The position numbers and the translations under genes are program-made. Below, in pieces: positions 21,507-31,714 of a stretch of 64,000 nt of DNA (position 1 is the stretch's first letter; the number at the start of each line of letters is the position of its first letter). The notes below the pieces were generated by a model. That model did no database searches. It was not told the origin of the DNA and saw nothing but the letters and a program-made list of their open reading frames with translations. Source of the stretch: an uncultured Candidatus Poseidoniales archaeon (lineage in GTDB: Archaea; Thermoplasmatota; Poseidoniia; Poseidoniales; Poseidoniaceae); NCBI GenBank assembly GCA_905182715.1, contig CAJJCP010000013.1, positions 11,990 through 75,989 on the forward strand, given 5' to 3'.

Positions 21507-23543
21507 ATGGGGGCCGAAACGTCTGCACTTCGTATGAGTCTCGGCGAAGGCATACCTGCGATAATCCCTTCACGCCCTGAATGGGATGAATCCGTCGACC
21601 ATGCACCTCCTCGTCGTCAAATACTTACTCCAAAGGAGAAGAAACTCGCACTCCGCAATGCATTACGATATTTCCCTGAAGAACAACACGAAGTGCTTGC
21701 GAGTGAGTTCCTCGAGGAGTTGAACTCATTTGGTAGAATCATTATGTGGCGCTATCGCCCAACTGAGTATGAAATGCGCGCACATCCAATCGACGAATAT
21801 CCAGCACAATGCAAACAAGCCGCATCGATTATGCTCATGATTCAAAACAATCTAGACCCAGCAGTTGCCCAATTTCCTCATGAACTCATCACCTATGGCG
21901 GAAATGGTTCAGTGTTCCAAAATTGGGCACAATATCGGTTGGTAATGGCCTATCTTTGCAAGATGACTGAATCACAAACACTCGTAATGTATTCCGGTCA
22001 TCCACTCGGACTCTTCCCTTCAATGCCTGAAGCGCCACGTGTTATTGTTACCAATGGTATGGTTATTCCAAATGCTTCTTCACAGGATAATTATGAGCGA
22101 ATGAACGCTCTAGGCGTGACACAATATGGCCAAATGACTGCTGGCTCATACATGTACATTGGACCACAAGGAATTGTCCACGGAACCACAATCACTCTTC
22201 TAAACGCTGCACGAGCCCACCTCGGCCTTGGTGGTGATGAGGGTCTCGGTGGAGTTACATTTGTGACCTCAGGACTCGGTGGAATGTCCGGGGCACAAGC
22301 GAAGGCGGCAGTAATTGCTGGAGCATCTTGTATCGTTGCAGAATCCAATGCGCATGCAGCTCATAAACGTCATGAACAAGGTTGGCTTTCAACAGTAACT
22401 GATGATGTTGATGATGCTATTGACCAAATGGTGGAAGCGGCAGATAACAAAACACCTCTATCAATAGGCTATATTGGAAATATCGTCAAACTTTGGGAAC
22501 GATTAGTCGAACGTAAGATATCGGTCGACCTCGGCAGTGACCAAACCAGTTTACATAACCCCTTCCAAGGTGGCTACTTCCCAGTCGGCCACACCTATGA
22601 TGATGCAGCATCGATGCTTTCAAACGAACCGGAACGATTTGCTGAAGAAGTCCGCTCAACACTTCGCCGTCATGCGAATGCAATTAACCTCATGTCGGAG
22701 AATGGCATGTATTTTTGGGATTACGGAAATGCGTTTTTGCTCGAAGCAAGCCGTGCTGGCGCTGACGTAATGGCTGACGATGGTGGGTTCAGATATCCAA
22801 GTTATGTCGAGGACATCATGGGCCCGATGTGCTTCGATTACGGTTTTGGACCCTACAGATGGGTCTGCTGTTCCGGTGATCCGGAGGATTTGAAAATTAC
22901 TGATGATATTGCGTGTCAAGTACTTGAGGAAATGCTGCCAAACTCTCCAATTGAAATACAACAACAAATGATTGACAATATTCGTTGGATACGTGGTGCT
23001 GGGTCCAATGACATGGTCGTTGGAAGTCAGGCAAGAATCCTTTATGCAGATGATGAAGGGCGTAGAAAAATCGCTTCAGCGATGAATACTGCCATTGGAA
23101 ATGGACAACTTTCAGGACCTATTGTACTTGGACGAGACCACCATGATGTCTCAGGCACGGATAGCCCGTATCGTGAAACTGCAAACATTCGCGATGGTTC
23201 GATTCAAACGGCTGATATGGCCGTGCATAATTTCGTCGGGGATGCTTTTCGTGGCGCCACTTGGGTCAGCCTCCATAACGGCGGCGGTGTAGGCTGGGGT
23301 GAAGTTGTCAACGGTGGTTTTGGAATGCTTCTCGATGGAACTGATGACTGTGAAGCGAGACTTCAACGAATGCTACACTGGGATGTTAACAACGGTGTTG
23401 CTCGAAGAGCATGGGCGCGTAATGAAGGAGCTGAATTTGCCATTCAAAGGGCAATGGATTCGGAACCGTTGCTACGCGTCACTTTACCTCATCACATGAA
23501 TGATGATTTACTTGAACGATTATTCAAGGAGGACGGACAATGA
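21507..23543 (+). CDS. hutU: Urocanate hydratase (long, eukaryote-like form)
   Basis: Motifs NNLDP.VAQ.P.EL.TYGG, GQMTAGS, GPQGIVHGT, GLGGMSGAQ, SDQTS, GRDHHD and HNGGGVG. Confidence 0.96.
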   Translation: MGAETSALRMSLGEGIPAIIPSRPEWDESVDHAPPRRQILTPKEKKLALRNALRYFPEEQHEVLASEFLEELNSFGRIIMWRYRPTEYEMRAHPIDEYPAQCKQAASIMLMIQNNLDPAVAQFPHELITYGGNGSVFQNWAQYRLVMAYLCKMTESQTLVMYSGHPLGLFPSMPEAPRVIVTNGMVIPNASSQDNYERMNALGVTQYGQMTAGSYMYIGPQGIVHGTTITLLNAARAHLGLGGDEGLGGVTFVTSGLGGMSGAQAKAAVIAGASCIVAESNAHAAHKRHEQGWLSTVTDDVDDAIDQMVEAADNKTPLSIGYIGNIVKLWERLVERKISVDLGSDQTSLHNPFQGGYFPVGHTYDDAASMLSNEPERFAEEVRSTLRRHANAINLMSENGMYFWDYGNAFLLEASRAGADVMADDGGFRYPSYVEDIMGPMCFDYGFGPYRWVCCSGDPEDLKITDDIACQVLEEMLPNSPIEIQQQMIDNIRWIRGAGSNDMVVGSQARILYADDEGRRKIASAMNTAIGNGQLSGPIVLGRDHHDVSGTDSPYRETANIRDGSIQTADMAVHNFVGDAFRGATWVSLHNGGGVGWGEVVNGGFGMLLDGTDDCEARLQRMLHWDVNNGVARRAWARNEGAEFAIQRAMDSEPLLRVTLPHHMNDDLLERLFKEDGQ

Positions 23544-25087
23544 CACTCATTTCACTTGATGGAAACACACTCACTGCAGCAGAAGTAATGCGAGTTGCTA
23601 CAGGTAACGCTCAAGTTTCACTTTCCTCTGACGCAATCCCTCGTATCGAAGCAGCACGCGCAGTTGTAGAGCGAATATTATCAAACAATGAAACGGTCTA
23701 TGGAATCAATACTGGATTTGGTGCACTTGTCCACCAACGGATATCTTCCGAAGACTTGGCTCAATTGCAAACGAACTTGGTCCGTTCACATGCGACTGCA
23801 ATTGGCGAATTAATGTCAAAAGAATCTGTCCGCGCCATGATGACAGTACGTATCAACTCTCTTTCGAAGGGCAATTCAGGCGTGCACCCCGAGGTATTGC
23901 AACAGTTAGTTCATTTCTTGAATTATGATATCACGCCTGCAATTCCCCGTATAGGTAGTCTTGGAGCAAGTGGTGATTTAGCACCTCTCTCTCACATGGC
24001 TTTGAGTCTGATCGGCGAAGGAGAAGTTTTGTCCGGCAATGGTGAGACCGAGCCAACTCTGAATCAAATGAAAAAGCATGGTTTAATTCCGCTTGAATTA
24101 CGGGCAAAGGACGGTTTGTCACTGATCAATGGTACAAGCCAAATGTGTAGTTTTTTAGTTTTAGCCGAGCAACGTATCGCTGACCTGCTGGTGTATGCCG
24201 ACCTCGCACTTTGTACATCAATTGAAGCGCGTAAAGCAAGTGTCAAGCCATCGGATGTACGAGTTCATGATGCAAGACCGCACCCAGGGCAAGTACTGGT
24301 ATCTCGACGTATTCGAGCAATTCTCAAGGACTCCCCTATCATGGAATCGCACTCGAATTGTGAGCAAGTGCAGGATGCTTATTCATTCCGTTGTGCGCCA
24401 CAAGTTCACGGTGCAATTTACGAACGATTATTGTCTTTGCAGAATACTTTGGATATTGAATTGAACAGCGCCACTGACAATCCACTCATATTCCCTGACC
24501 TTTCCAATCCAGGCTCGCATGAAGTTATTTCACAGGGCAACTTCCACGGCGAAGTCTTGGCATTGACTGCAGATGCGATGACAGCCGCGATGTTTGAACT
24601 CGGTTCTATTTCCGAACGTAGAATCGACCAGATGCTCGACCCTGCTCGAAGTGGTTTGCCGGCTTTTTTGGCCAAAGATTCAGGTCTTGAGTCTGGATTG
24701 ATGATTGTACAATATGTCGCTGGCGCCTCACTTGGTGAGCTCCATGGGCATGCAGCACCCCGCTCAATATTTTCGACTTCGACATCAGCTGGCCAAGAAG
24801 ACCATGTGAGCATGGGTGCGACAGCATGTTGGAACTTACTTCAAGCCACCAATCGTCTTTCCGAGGTATTGGCTTGTGAGTTCATAGTTGCATGTCAAGC
24901 ATTAGAATTTAATGACGTTCAACCTTCGAATGTGATTGTGGCTATGAAACAGCGAATTCGTTCAATCGTCGAGCCGTTAGAAGGAGATCGAAGTACAAGC
25001 GCAGATATTATTTCTGTTGCGAACGAACTTCTCGATGGGGCATGGTTAGCAAGAGTTGAGGCCGAAGTAGGCCGCCTACCTCGTTAA
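23540..25087 (+). CDS. hutH: Histidine ammonia-lyase
   Basis: YGINTGFG, GASGDLAPL (MIO motif), QDAYSFRC, TDNP, GNFHG and QEDHVSMG. Confidence 0.96.
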   Translation: MTLISLDGNTLTAAEVMRVATGNAQVSLSSDAIPRIEAARAVVERILSNNETVYGINTGFGALVHQRISSEDLAQLQTNLVRSHATAIGELMSKESVRAMMTVRINSLSKGNSGVHPEVLQQLVHFLNYDITPAIPRIGSLGASGDLAPLSHMALSLIGEGEVLSGNGETEPTLNQMKKHGLIPLELRAKDGLSLINGTSQMCSFLVLAEQRIADLLVYADLALCTSIEARKASVKPSDVRVHDARPHPGQVLVSRRIRAILKDSPIMESHSNCEQVQDAYSFRCAPQVHGAIYERLLSLQNTLDIELNSATDNPLIFPDLSNPGSHEVISQGNFHGEVLALTADAMTAAMFELGSISERRIDQMLDPARSGLPAFLAKDSGLESGLMIVQYVAGASLGELHGHAAPRSIFSTSTSAGQEDHVSMGATACWNLLQATNRLSEVLACEFIVACQALEFNDVQPSNVIVAMKQRIRSIVEPLEGDRSTSADIISVANELLDGAWLARVEAEVGRLPR

Positions 25088-25953
25088 TCTTCAAAAAATT
25101 GATTTTCGAGTTCATCAAGACCAGTGAGTTGACGGATTCTGAATCGAGCAGTTGCATCATTGGATGCAGAGAGTGAAGTCGTGTTGAGGTTGAGATATTG
25201 TTCCAGTTCGACTGCTCTTCGCACCTTCTCCTCAACCGCCGCGTACAATGCATATGCTTCATCAGGTTTGAAACTTAATGCCGCCTCAGCTTCAGAAACA
25301 TCGAGACCCATTCTCCTCCATTGGAGGATACGTTTACGAAGAAGTGACAGAGTAAAACCAGTTGAGGGTAGTCTCGACAGCATTACCAGTCGTGGTGTCC
25401 CATCCTCCATAATTTCCAGCCCCTTCATTTCGATTTCTGAATCAAATTCTTCAATCGATTCGACCTCAGCGTGATTCACATTCTCTTGAGCAGCCTTTGG
25501 TAAAGTGAGGTCAATCGCAGGTGCTTCACGTCTTAGTCGAGCTAACCAGAGAGATTCGAATGCTAACGAACGTATCGGCATGATAATTGTCCACTGTGTC
25601 CGATGTACGGATTCACGTAACTCACGTACGAAAGAAAGTACTGCATCCTCTCCGTTGATGGTCATGAGCCATTCAAGACCCTCAAGCACAACAATTCCTC
25701 CGTGGTTGGAAAGGTGCCTCAATATATGGTCGCGGATTTCACCAATGTCGGGACGTACTGCACCTTCGGTTGCTCTTTCTGTAAGCCAATAAGCTTCGAC
25801 AGCATTGATGTCGAGGTGCTCAAGTAAACGTCGATGTGGTAATCTCGAAAAGAGGAGTATATGTTCCTCGGATGACTGACTTTCTCGATCAACCCAGCCG
25901 AGTGTTTCGTCATCACTGATGAATTCGGTAGTAAATATTCGGCCTTTTTCGAT
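25084..25953 (-). CDS. DUF835-like protein (inactive KaiC/RecA-fold associated) with helical C-terminus
   Basis: The frame stays open 77 codons upstream of the listed ORF (LLFSRLPH...AYWLTE...VRP...GGIVVLEGLEWL..INGE...SFVREL.E). No ATG/GTG/TTG is in frame there; an ATC at 25953 follows GGGGTGA. Confidence 0.7.
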   Translation of the reverse strand: MEKGRIFTTEFISDDETLGWVDRESQSSEEHILLFSRLPHRRLLEHLDINAVEAYWLTERATEGAVRPDIGEIRDHILRHLSNHGGIVVLEGLEWLMTINGEDAVLSFVRELRESVHRTQWTIIMPIRSLAFESLWLARLRREAPAIDLTLPKAAQENVNHAEVESIEEFDSEIEMKGLEIMEDGTPRLVMLSRLPSTGFTLSLLRKRILQWRRMGLDVSEAEAALSFKPDEAYALYAAVEEKVRRAVELEQYLNLNTTSLSASNDATARFRIRQLTGLDELENQFFED

Positions 25954-26053
25954 GATCTCACCCCGCGCATACGACTGCTCGTATTACGGGTTCAGCGTTC
26001 AAAGTCTATGAATCATTATATCCGAAGATGCGATGGGAGGAACAGGTGTGGTA

Positions 26054-27901
26054 ATGGCTGACGAAACCAAAGAAGAAATTGCAATGGCCGAATGTGGGGC
26101 TTGTAGAGCCATCGTCCCGCTCAATTCCGATAACTGCCCCGAATGTGATATTTCCTTTTCGGGTGTATCTGACGAATCACTCGGCGAATGTGGAGCATGC
26201 CAAGGACTCGTGCCTTTAGATTCTACCAAATGCACCCATTGCGGTACAATATTCGTCGCTGATGATGTTGTTGATGTCTTGAGGAAATGGCTTGCTGAGA
26301 CCGGTATTACAATCCCGATTCTCTTCAAGAAATTCGATAAAGATGGAGACGGGCAAATTGATTCTGCTGAACTTAAAGCTGGACTTCTTAGCCTTAAGTT
26401 GGCAGACTTGCCACCTTCACAAGTTGAGCGCTTAATCGACACCATCGATGAAGACGGCGATGGTCAAATCGATCTTGCTGAATTACACGAAACAATTACT
26501 GGCGTGTCATATTCTAAAGTTGCCAAAGAAGAAGACACCAACATCTGATGCCGCTGGCGAAGAAGAAGATGAAGAGAGAAGATGAAGAAGAAGAAGGAGA
26601 AGAAGAGAGTCTTCTGAGGCCGACATGGAAACCGATGAAGAAGAAATTTCGGAAACCGAGACTGAAGATGTTGATGAGGACGATGATGAGTCTGAATTCG
26701 AAGATGAAGAAATAGAAAACACTGTTGAATCTGAAGATGAAGAAACAGAAGACACTGATGAATCCGAAGACTCTGATCTTGATGACATGGATGATGTCCT
26801 CGATGATATCGAAGATGAAATGGATGAAGATGATGAGATGGAGGCAATTGATGTACCTAAACCACTTTCAATCTTGCACCTTATATCCGATGCAATGGAT
26901 GATTCTGGTGATTCACCAAACAAATTCTTTAATTCACTTGACAAAGATGGTGATGGAAATGTTTCTGTGGAGGAATTCACTGAGGCTATCGAAGGGCTCA
27001 TTGATGAAGAAGTCACTTCCAAAGATATTGAATCCTTCCTTGTGAATGCAGATGACGATGGTGATGGTGCCATCGATATTATCGAATTCGTCACTGCTCT
27101 CGAATCATTAGAGGATGCTGACGAAGCCGTCGATGATGATTCAAGACTTTCGAAAAAGGTGGAGAAACCTTTCCCTACCGAAATGCAGCGAAAAATGATG
27201 GGCAAACAATGGAATGATATCGTTTGGCCACTGATTCATTTGGCTTTTGGCCTCTTCATTGCCGTATGGCTCATCAATGGACTTGGTGGTATTGGACCAC
27301 TTGGAGTTGACGGCTCAGGTGGAAACATAGCTCTCGAAACTGCTTATGAAATAGGGTTTGAAGATTGGAATGAAGGAGACATTTATCCTTGCGATGCTTC
27401 AGTTCAAGTCGGAGAATGTAAAAACTCACTCACACCATTCTCTGGATCTGCATCATCGATGCCTGCTGGATTCTATTGGGATGGGATTTTCTTGATGGCT
27501 CTTGGAGCCATCGGACTCATTGCTTCACTCGGCATCCATCTTGCTATTGTCCCTGGATGGCGAGCACGTGCTAAAGCAATGAAAGAAGTCGAAGATGATA
27601 CTGATGAAGCGCGCTCAGAAGATTCGAATGAAGAGGACGAAGACGGAATCGATGAAGATGATTCCGAGGACGAATGAATTTACTTGAAGGATTAGAAGAT
27701 GAAGGCGATGATGAAGATGAAGATGGAGAGGGATCTGATGATGAAATTGATATCGGATCTCATGTAGGAATCTCACTCGAAGATGAAGAAGTGTTTGGAG
27801 TTATCATCGAATTTGACGATGATGAAGAGACCGTTACTATCAAAGAAGATGGTACTGGAGACCTGGTCACCGGATATCAAGAAGACATGTTTGTGGAGTG
27901 A
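26054..27901 (+). CDS. Double Zn-ribbon / four EF-hand / acidic membrane protein; split by apparent indels into ORFs 26033-26548, 26625-27677 and 27674-27901
   Basis: CxxC pairs, EF loops DKDGDGQIDSAE, DEDGDGQIDLAE, DKDGDGNVSVEE and DDDGDGAIDIIE, and two TM helices. The breaks fall in GAA/GAT-rich tracts. Confidence 0.7.
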
Positions 27902-27905
27902 AAGG

Positions 27906-28272
27906 ATGACCTCTCACGACACACTTGAGTCATTGAAAGGTAAATCGTCTTGTCCTGTTTGCGGTTGTATCGAGCAGGTAGGCAGCATCCGATGTTCTGA
28001 ATGTGGAACTTTCCATTCGGGAATCCATCTCGAGGAACGTGAAGCACCAGCACCTAATTCAACACCTGAACGTGAAGTCATCGACCCTTCACTCTACTCT
28101 CTTTCCAATCAACACGCCATACCTGAGGAAGATTTCGAAGAAAGTGAAAAAATATCATCATGGTCTGGCGGCTCCACTGACTTCACTATGACTGATGAGG
28201 AAGAGAAAGCCATTGTCAAAAATTGATTCTGACGATTTAGTACTCCCCGAACCCGAATCCCTCGCCGATTGA
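27906..28272 (+). CDS. Small Zn-ribbon acidic protein (probable A-run frameshift near 28220)
   Basis: CPVCG and CSECG motifs. Removing one A from the A5 run extends the protein to KIDSDDLVLPEPESLAD*. Confidence 0.6.
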
Positions 28273-28359
28273 TTTACAGGCAATACTCTTTTGATTCGAA
28301 AAGAAAATAATTGCCTTTCAAAAAACTAATGTCGAGAATTCATACGACTGGTTATTGAA

Positions 28360-28435
28360 TGGTGGGTTCGGAGAGAATTGAACTCTCGATCTTCGCCATG
28401 TCAAGGCGACGTCATAACCCCTAGACCACGAACCC
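28360..28435 (-). tRNA. tRNA-Val(GAC), CCA encoded
   Basis: Minus strand reads GGGTTCGTGGTCTAGGGGTTATGACGTCGCCTTGACATGGCGAAGATCGAGAGTTCAATTCTCTCCGAACCCACCA, forming a cloverleaf with GAC anticodon. TTTAAT box about 30 bp upstream. Confidence 0.96.
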
Positions 28436-28493
28436 CTAGGTAGCCTGTCCACTGAAACGGTGTATTAAATCACATCGGTGTGGGCAGGTGAAT

Positions 28494-28646
28494 TCAACTC
28501 ACGATCTTGGAAATCTTACCAGTACATCCAGGCTGTGAACAAACACCGCCCATTCGCGTTCTACCGTTTTTCATTTTTATGAGCTGACCGTCTTTAATCG
28601 GCCCATATGTTTTACACTTCAGGCAGAATCCTTCAACAACATCCAT
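28494..28646 (-). CDS. DUF5679-like small Zn-binding basic protein (50 aa)
   Basis: FCLKCK...MKNGR...GVC...C..KISKI. Confidence 0.75.
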   Translation of the reverse strand: MDVVEGFCLKCKTYGPIKDGQLIKMKNGRTRMGGVCSQPGCTGKISKIVS

Positions 28647-28868
28647 GAGAATCGTTCTTCCCACAGAGTCGTTCGTCTTAGATTCTTCGCAGAAGACATT
28701 CTTTTCGCCAGCAGTTGAAAATCTTAGGTTCTGGACACTCCGACCCCCTACTTTGCGTGGATATTTGCCAATATGTGTGCTCCTGATGAGCATGTTTGAT
28801 GAAAAAGAGGCTACTGAGGCGCTATCTCGAATTACCCCCGCAACGTAAAACCGGTCCCATTTACGCCA

Positions 28869-28896
28869 ATGTCGTATAACATACATTATGCGACAT
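28869..28896. other. Candidate dif / Xer site-specific recombination site (11-6-11 bp)
   Basis: ATGTCGTATAA-CATACA-TTATGCGACAT. The arms are inverted with one mismatch and the site is intergenic. Confidence 0.7.
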
Positions 28897-28912
28897 AACG
28901 GTCTATGGTATT

Positions 28913-29257
28913 TCATTGGTTTTCAGTAACGCTGGCGAGGTTCAGTGCAGAAAGCGGAGATTCGAACATTCCAACAAGTGGTGGCCCTCCAATAACGCCT
29001 TCTAAACCACCATCTTTAGAATCAAGTTTTTCAACGATCGATTTGGAAATGCGCTTCCAAGACTTTTTGTCTACAAATACCGAATGGACGAGAAATAATC
29101 CTTGACCATCAGTTGATTGTGCAATCCAAGCAGCGAGACAACCTGATTGTCTGCGTTTATATTCTTGGCGTACGTCGAGCATTCTTTTGAATCGAGCTTC
29201 TTTTCCAGGTGCACCCGAACAGACTACAGTTTCAATAAGCACAGTTTTGATTTTCAT
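28913..29257 (-). CDS. Dimeric alpha-beta barrel (ABM-like) protein
   Basis: PGKEARF...QSGCL...FLVHSVF....W pattern; GGGAGAGGGG SD upstream. Confidence 0.6.
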   Translation of the reverse strand: MKIKTVLIETVVCSGAPGKEARFKRMLDVRQEYKRRQSGCLAAWIAQSTDGQGLFLVHSVFVDKKSWKRISKSIVEKLDSKDGGLEGVIGGPPLVGMFESPLSALNLASVTENQ

Positions 29258-29317
29258 TCTTTCCCCTCTCCCAAGTAAGTAGTAATAAATAGCATTCAAG
29301 AATCAATTAAATATAAA

Positions 29318-30593
29318 TCAATGATGGATAAGTTTTCCATTCAAGCAGGTTGAAACGAATGGAGTATCAGATGGTTGCATACACCATGCCTCCCAATAAG
29401 GGGCGTTCAGTATATTGAAATTCGCAACAGCGCCTTCTTCAATACGTCCATGTATTTTTCCAGTTGGATGCGGAGAGGTTTCGGAAGGGTTGCGCGTAGC
29501 AGCAACGAGAGCTGCAAGAGGATGTACCGAACAACGCTGGGCGAGAAGTGAGCCTACAAATGGTAAGCTGATTGTTTTACAATTCGGATTGAAATCAGTT
29601 GCGATACTCCAAGTGAAGTTATTATCAATCGCATCGTTAAAGTCAGGCCATTGAGCACCCATTGCATATGGAGTGCCGGGTAAGAAACCCGTATTGACGC
29701 CTGCCGCCTCCATCTTCATTCTTGTATCATGGCCCGTATAGTGCGCATGATCGGCAGTTATCACTTTGAGTTCTGAAGCCAATCCTCCCCCTCCACCATC
29801 TGCAAACTCATCAATATGCATTCGCAGGTCAAGCCCTCCTGCACGTGATGCTTTGAGGATATCTTCAGATTGTTCTAACGAGAACCAGCCGGGTTCACAA
29901 AACACATCAGCTGAACGAGCAATTCCTTGTTCCAACACTCTTGGCAATTGTTCGGATAATATTTGTTCGACATATGCATCGGCAGTCATTCCAGTTGGCG
30001 ATATCGTGTGCACCGAGCCATGTTAAATCCAGTGAAGGGAGGTGATTCATAGACTGCAGTTGTGATGCAATGCGTAACAATCTCAATTCCGATTCAGTTG
30101 AAAGCCCGTATCCGCTCTTTGCCTCGAGATGAGTCGTACCGGAACGAAGAGCTGAACGCATCCGCTCATAACCCAGTTGCAAAAGGCGTTCGTCTGACAC
30201 TTGAGATGTCGAACGGACAGTATCTTGAATCCCACCACCCAATTCCGAAATGTCCTTGTAAGATTTTCCTTCATGCCTCCATGAAAGTTCACGTGAACGG
30301 TCGCCTGCCCACAATAAATGCGTATGACCGTCGACCAAGCCTGGGATAACTGCGTTACCATGTAATGAAAGAACAGTAACTTCTGATGTACTGTCCGGTT
30401 TGTCACTTGCGGCACCATATTCATCTTGGAGTTCTGCGGAAGATGCAATTTTCTCAATCGTATCACCGAGGACAACAATACCCATTCCCGGTGCATCGAT
30501 TAATCCGTCAGAATCGAACAGAGAATGCCCTTGCAATGGGCCTTTTCCAGATAAATGCGCCATTGGTCCAACATCAAGGAAGACTGTGCGCAT
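29318..30593 (-). CDS. hutI: Imidazolonepropionase, frameshifted near 29998 (probable assembly indel)
   Basis: PGLVDGHTH, GGGI..TV, EAKSGYGL and LGAH in one frame; ADVFCE, HIDEF, ADH and ATDFNP in the next frame. Confidence 0.9.
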
Positions 30594-30651
30594 ATCTACT
30601 GCTAGAGGCTTAGGGTTGAAGAACAATGGCTCTCTGGCTTAAACGATTGAG

Positions 30652-31665
30652 ATGGGTGATTGGACACTTGGTATTGAATCAACGGCACATACATTGTCGT
30701 TCGGTCTCGTCGATATTGATGGAATCCCATATCCTGCTTGCTCAGATACCGTTCGCCCCGACAAGGGCGGAATACATCCGAGGGAAGCGGCGGATCACCA
30801 CAAAGATGTAGCTCATTCTTTGTTTGATGCATTGCTCGAAAAATATGAATTATCGCCTTCTGATATTGGAACAGTTGCGTATTCACAAGGTCCTGGTTTG
30901 GGCCCGTGTCTACGCGTAGGTGCAGCATTGGCTCGCGGGATTTCAAGTCGTTTATCAGTGCCATTAGTTGGAGTCAATCATTGCGTCGCTCATATTGAAA
31001 TCGGCAGACAGCAATGCGGTTGTAATGACCCAGTGCTGCTCTATGTATCTGGAGGGAATACGCAAGTCATCGCACATCTCGATGGTAAATATCGCGTTTT
31101 AGGAGAGACACTTGACATCGGCATCGGCAACATGCTCGACAAATTTGCTCGAACCCAAGGCATTCCATTCCCTGGCGGTCCAGTGATTGAAAAGCATGCT
31201 GCGGAATGGTTGGGACGCCAAGAGAATCCATCATTGGATGGACTTGAGTTACCGTTTGCAGTTCGTGGCATGGATCTTGCTTTTTCCGGTGTTATGACAG
31301 CAGCGCAACGCCTTATAGAAAATGGTGCAGAATTGGGAGCTGTTTGCTGGTCATTGCAGGAGCATGCATTTGCGGCATGTGTTGAAGTTGCCGAACGCGC
31401 ACTCGCCCATACGGGTAAGAATGAACTTCTCTTAGGAGGTGGTGTTGCGTGCAATACACGATTACGAACAATGTGTGAGCAGATGGCTGAAGAACGAGAA
31501 GCCACTTCACATGCTCCACCAAGGATGTATTGTATCGATAATGGGACCATGATAGCGCTTCTTGGCAAGTTAGAACTCGAAAATGGAAGACACACGCCCT
31601 ATGATGAAAGTGGCGTCGAGCAGTACCTGCGGACCGACCAAACACAGGTGACATGGGCCGTATAG
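30652..31665 (+). CDS. kae1: t6A synthase Kae1/TsaD (KEOPS)
   Basis: Motifs LGIESTAH, GGIHPREAA.HH, GPGLGPCL, VNHCVAHIE, YVSGGNT, GETLD and DNG.MIA. Confidence 0.96.
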   Translation: MGDWTLGIESTAHTLSFGLVDIDGIPYPACSDTVRPDKGGIHPREAADHHKDVAHSLFDALLEKYELSPSDIGTVAYSQGPGLGPCLRVGAALARGISSRLSVPLVGVNHCVAHIEIGRQQCGCNDPVLLYVSGGNTQVIAHLDGKYRVLGETLDIGIGNMLDKFARTQGIPFPGGPVIEKHAAEWLGRQENPSLDGLELPFAVRGMDLAFSGVMTAAQRLIENGAELGAVCWSLQEHAFAACVEVAERALAHTGKNELLLGGGVACNTRLRTMCEQMAEEREATSHAPPRMYCIDNGTMIALLGKLELENGRHTPYDESGVEQYLRTDQTQVTWAV

Positions 31666-31714
31666 CCTTTCACATTACGCTAATTGTTTTTAAGTAGTCA
31701 ATGTCGAGAAGTGA

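Noticed and set aside
26464-27205. Long antisense Ser-rich and His-rich ORFs
   Set aside because: They are shadows of the GAA/GAT-rich acidic sense gene. The other short overlapping ORFs in the track were rejected for the same reason.
28780-28820. C/D-box-like motifs (CTGA...TGATGA...CTGA)
   Set aside because: No properly spaced upstream C box or terminal stem, and no guide target could be identified.
28872-28893. Core of the dif-like site resembles loxP (20/22 with TCGTATAATGTATGCTATACGA)
   Set aside because: The outer loxP arms (ATAACT/AGTTAT) and any vector flanks are absent. Shared tyrosine-recombinase site ancestry explains it better than contamination.
28647-28916. N-terminal extension of the 140-aa ORF 28494-28916
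   Set aside because: Only the last 50 aa resemble a known family. The extension looks non-coding and spans the dif-like site.
28272-29300. Integrated element at tRNA-Val
   Set aside because: No integrase and no duplicated tRNA 3' end were seen in the window.
29985-30010. hutI frameshift as real inactivation
   Set aside because: It is a single indel, both halves are conserved and the rest of the pathway is intact, so it is likely an assembly artefact.
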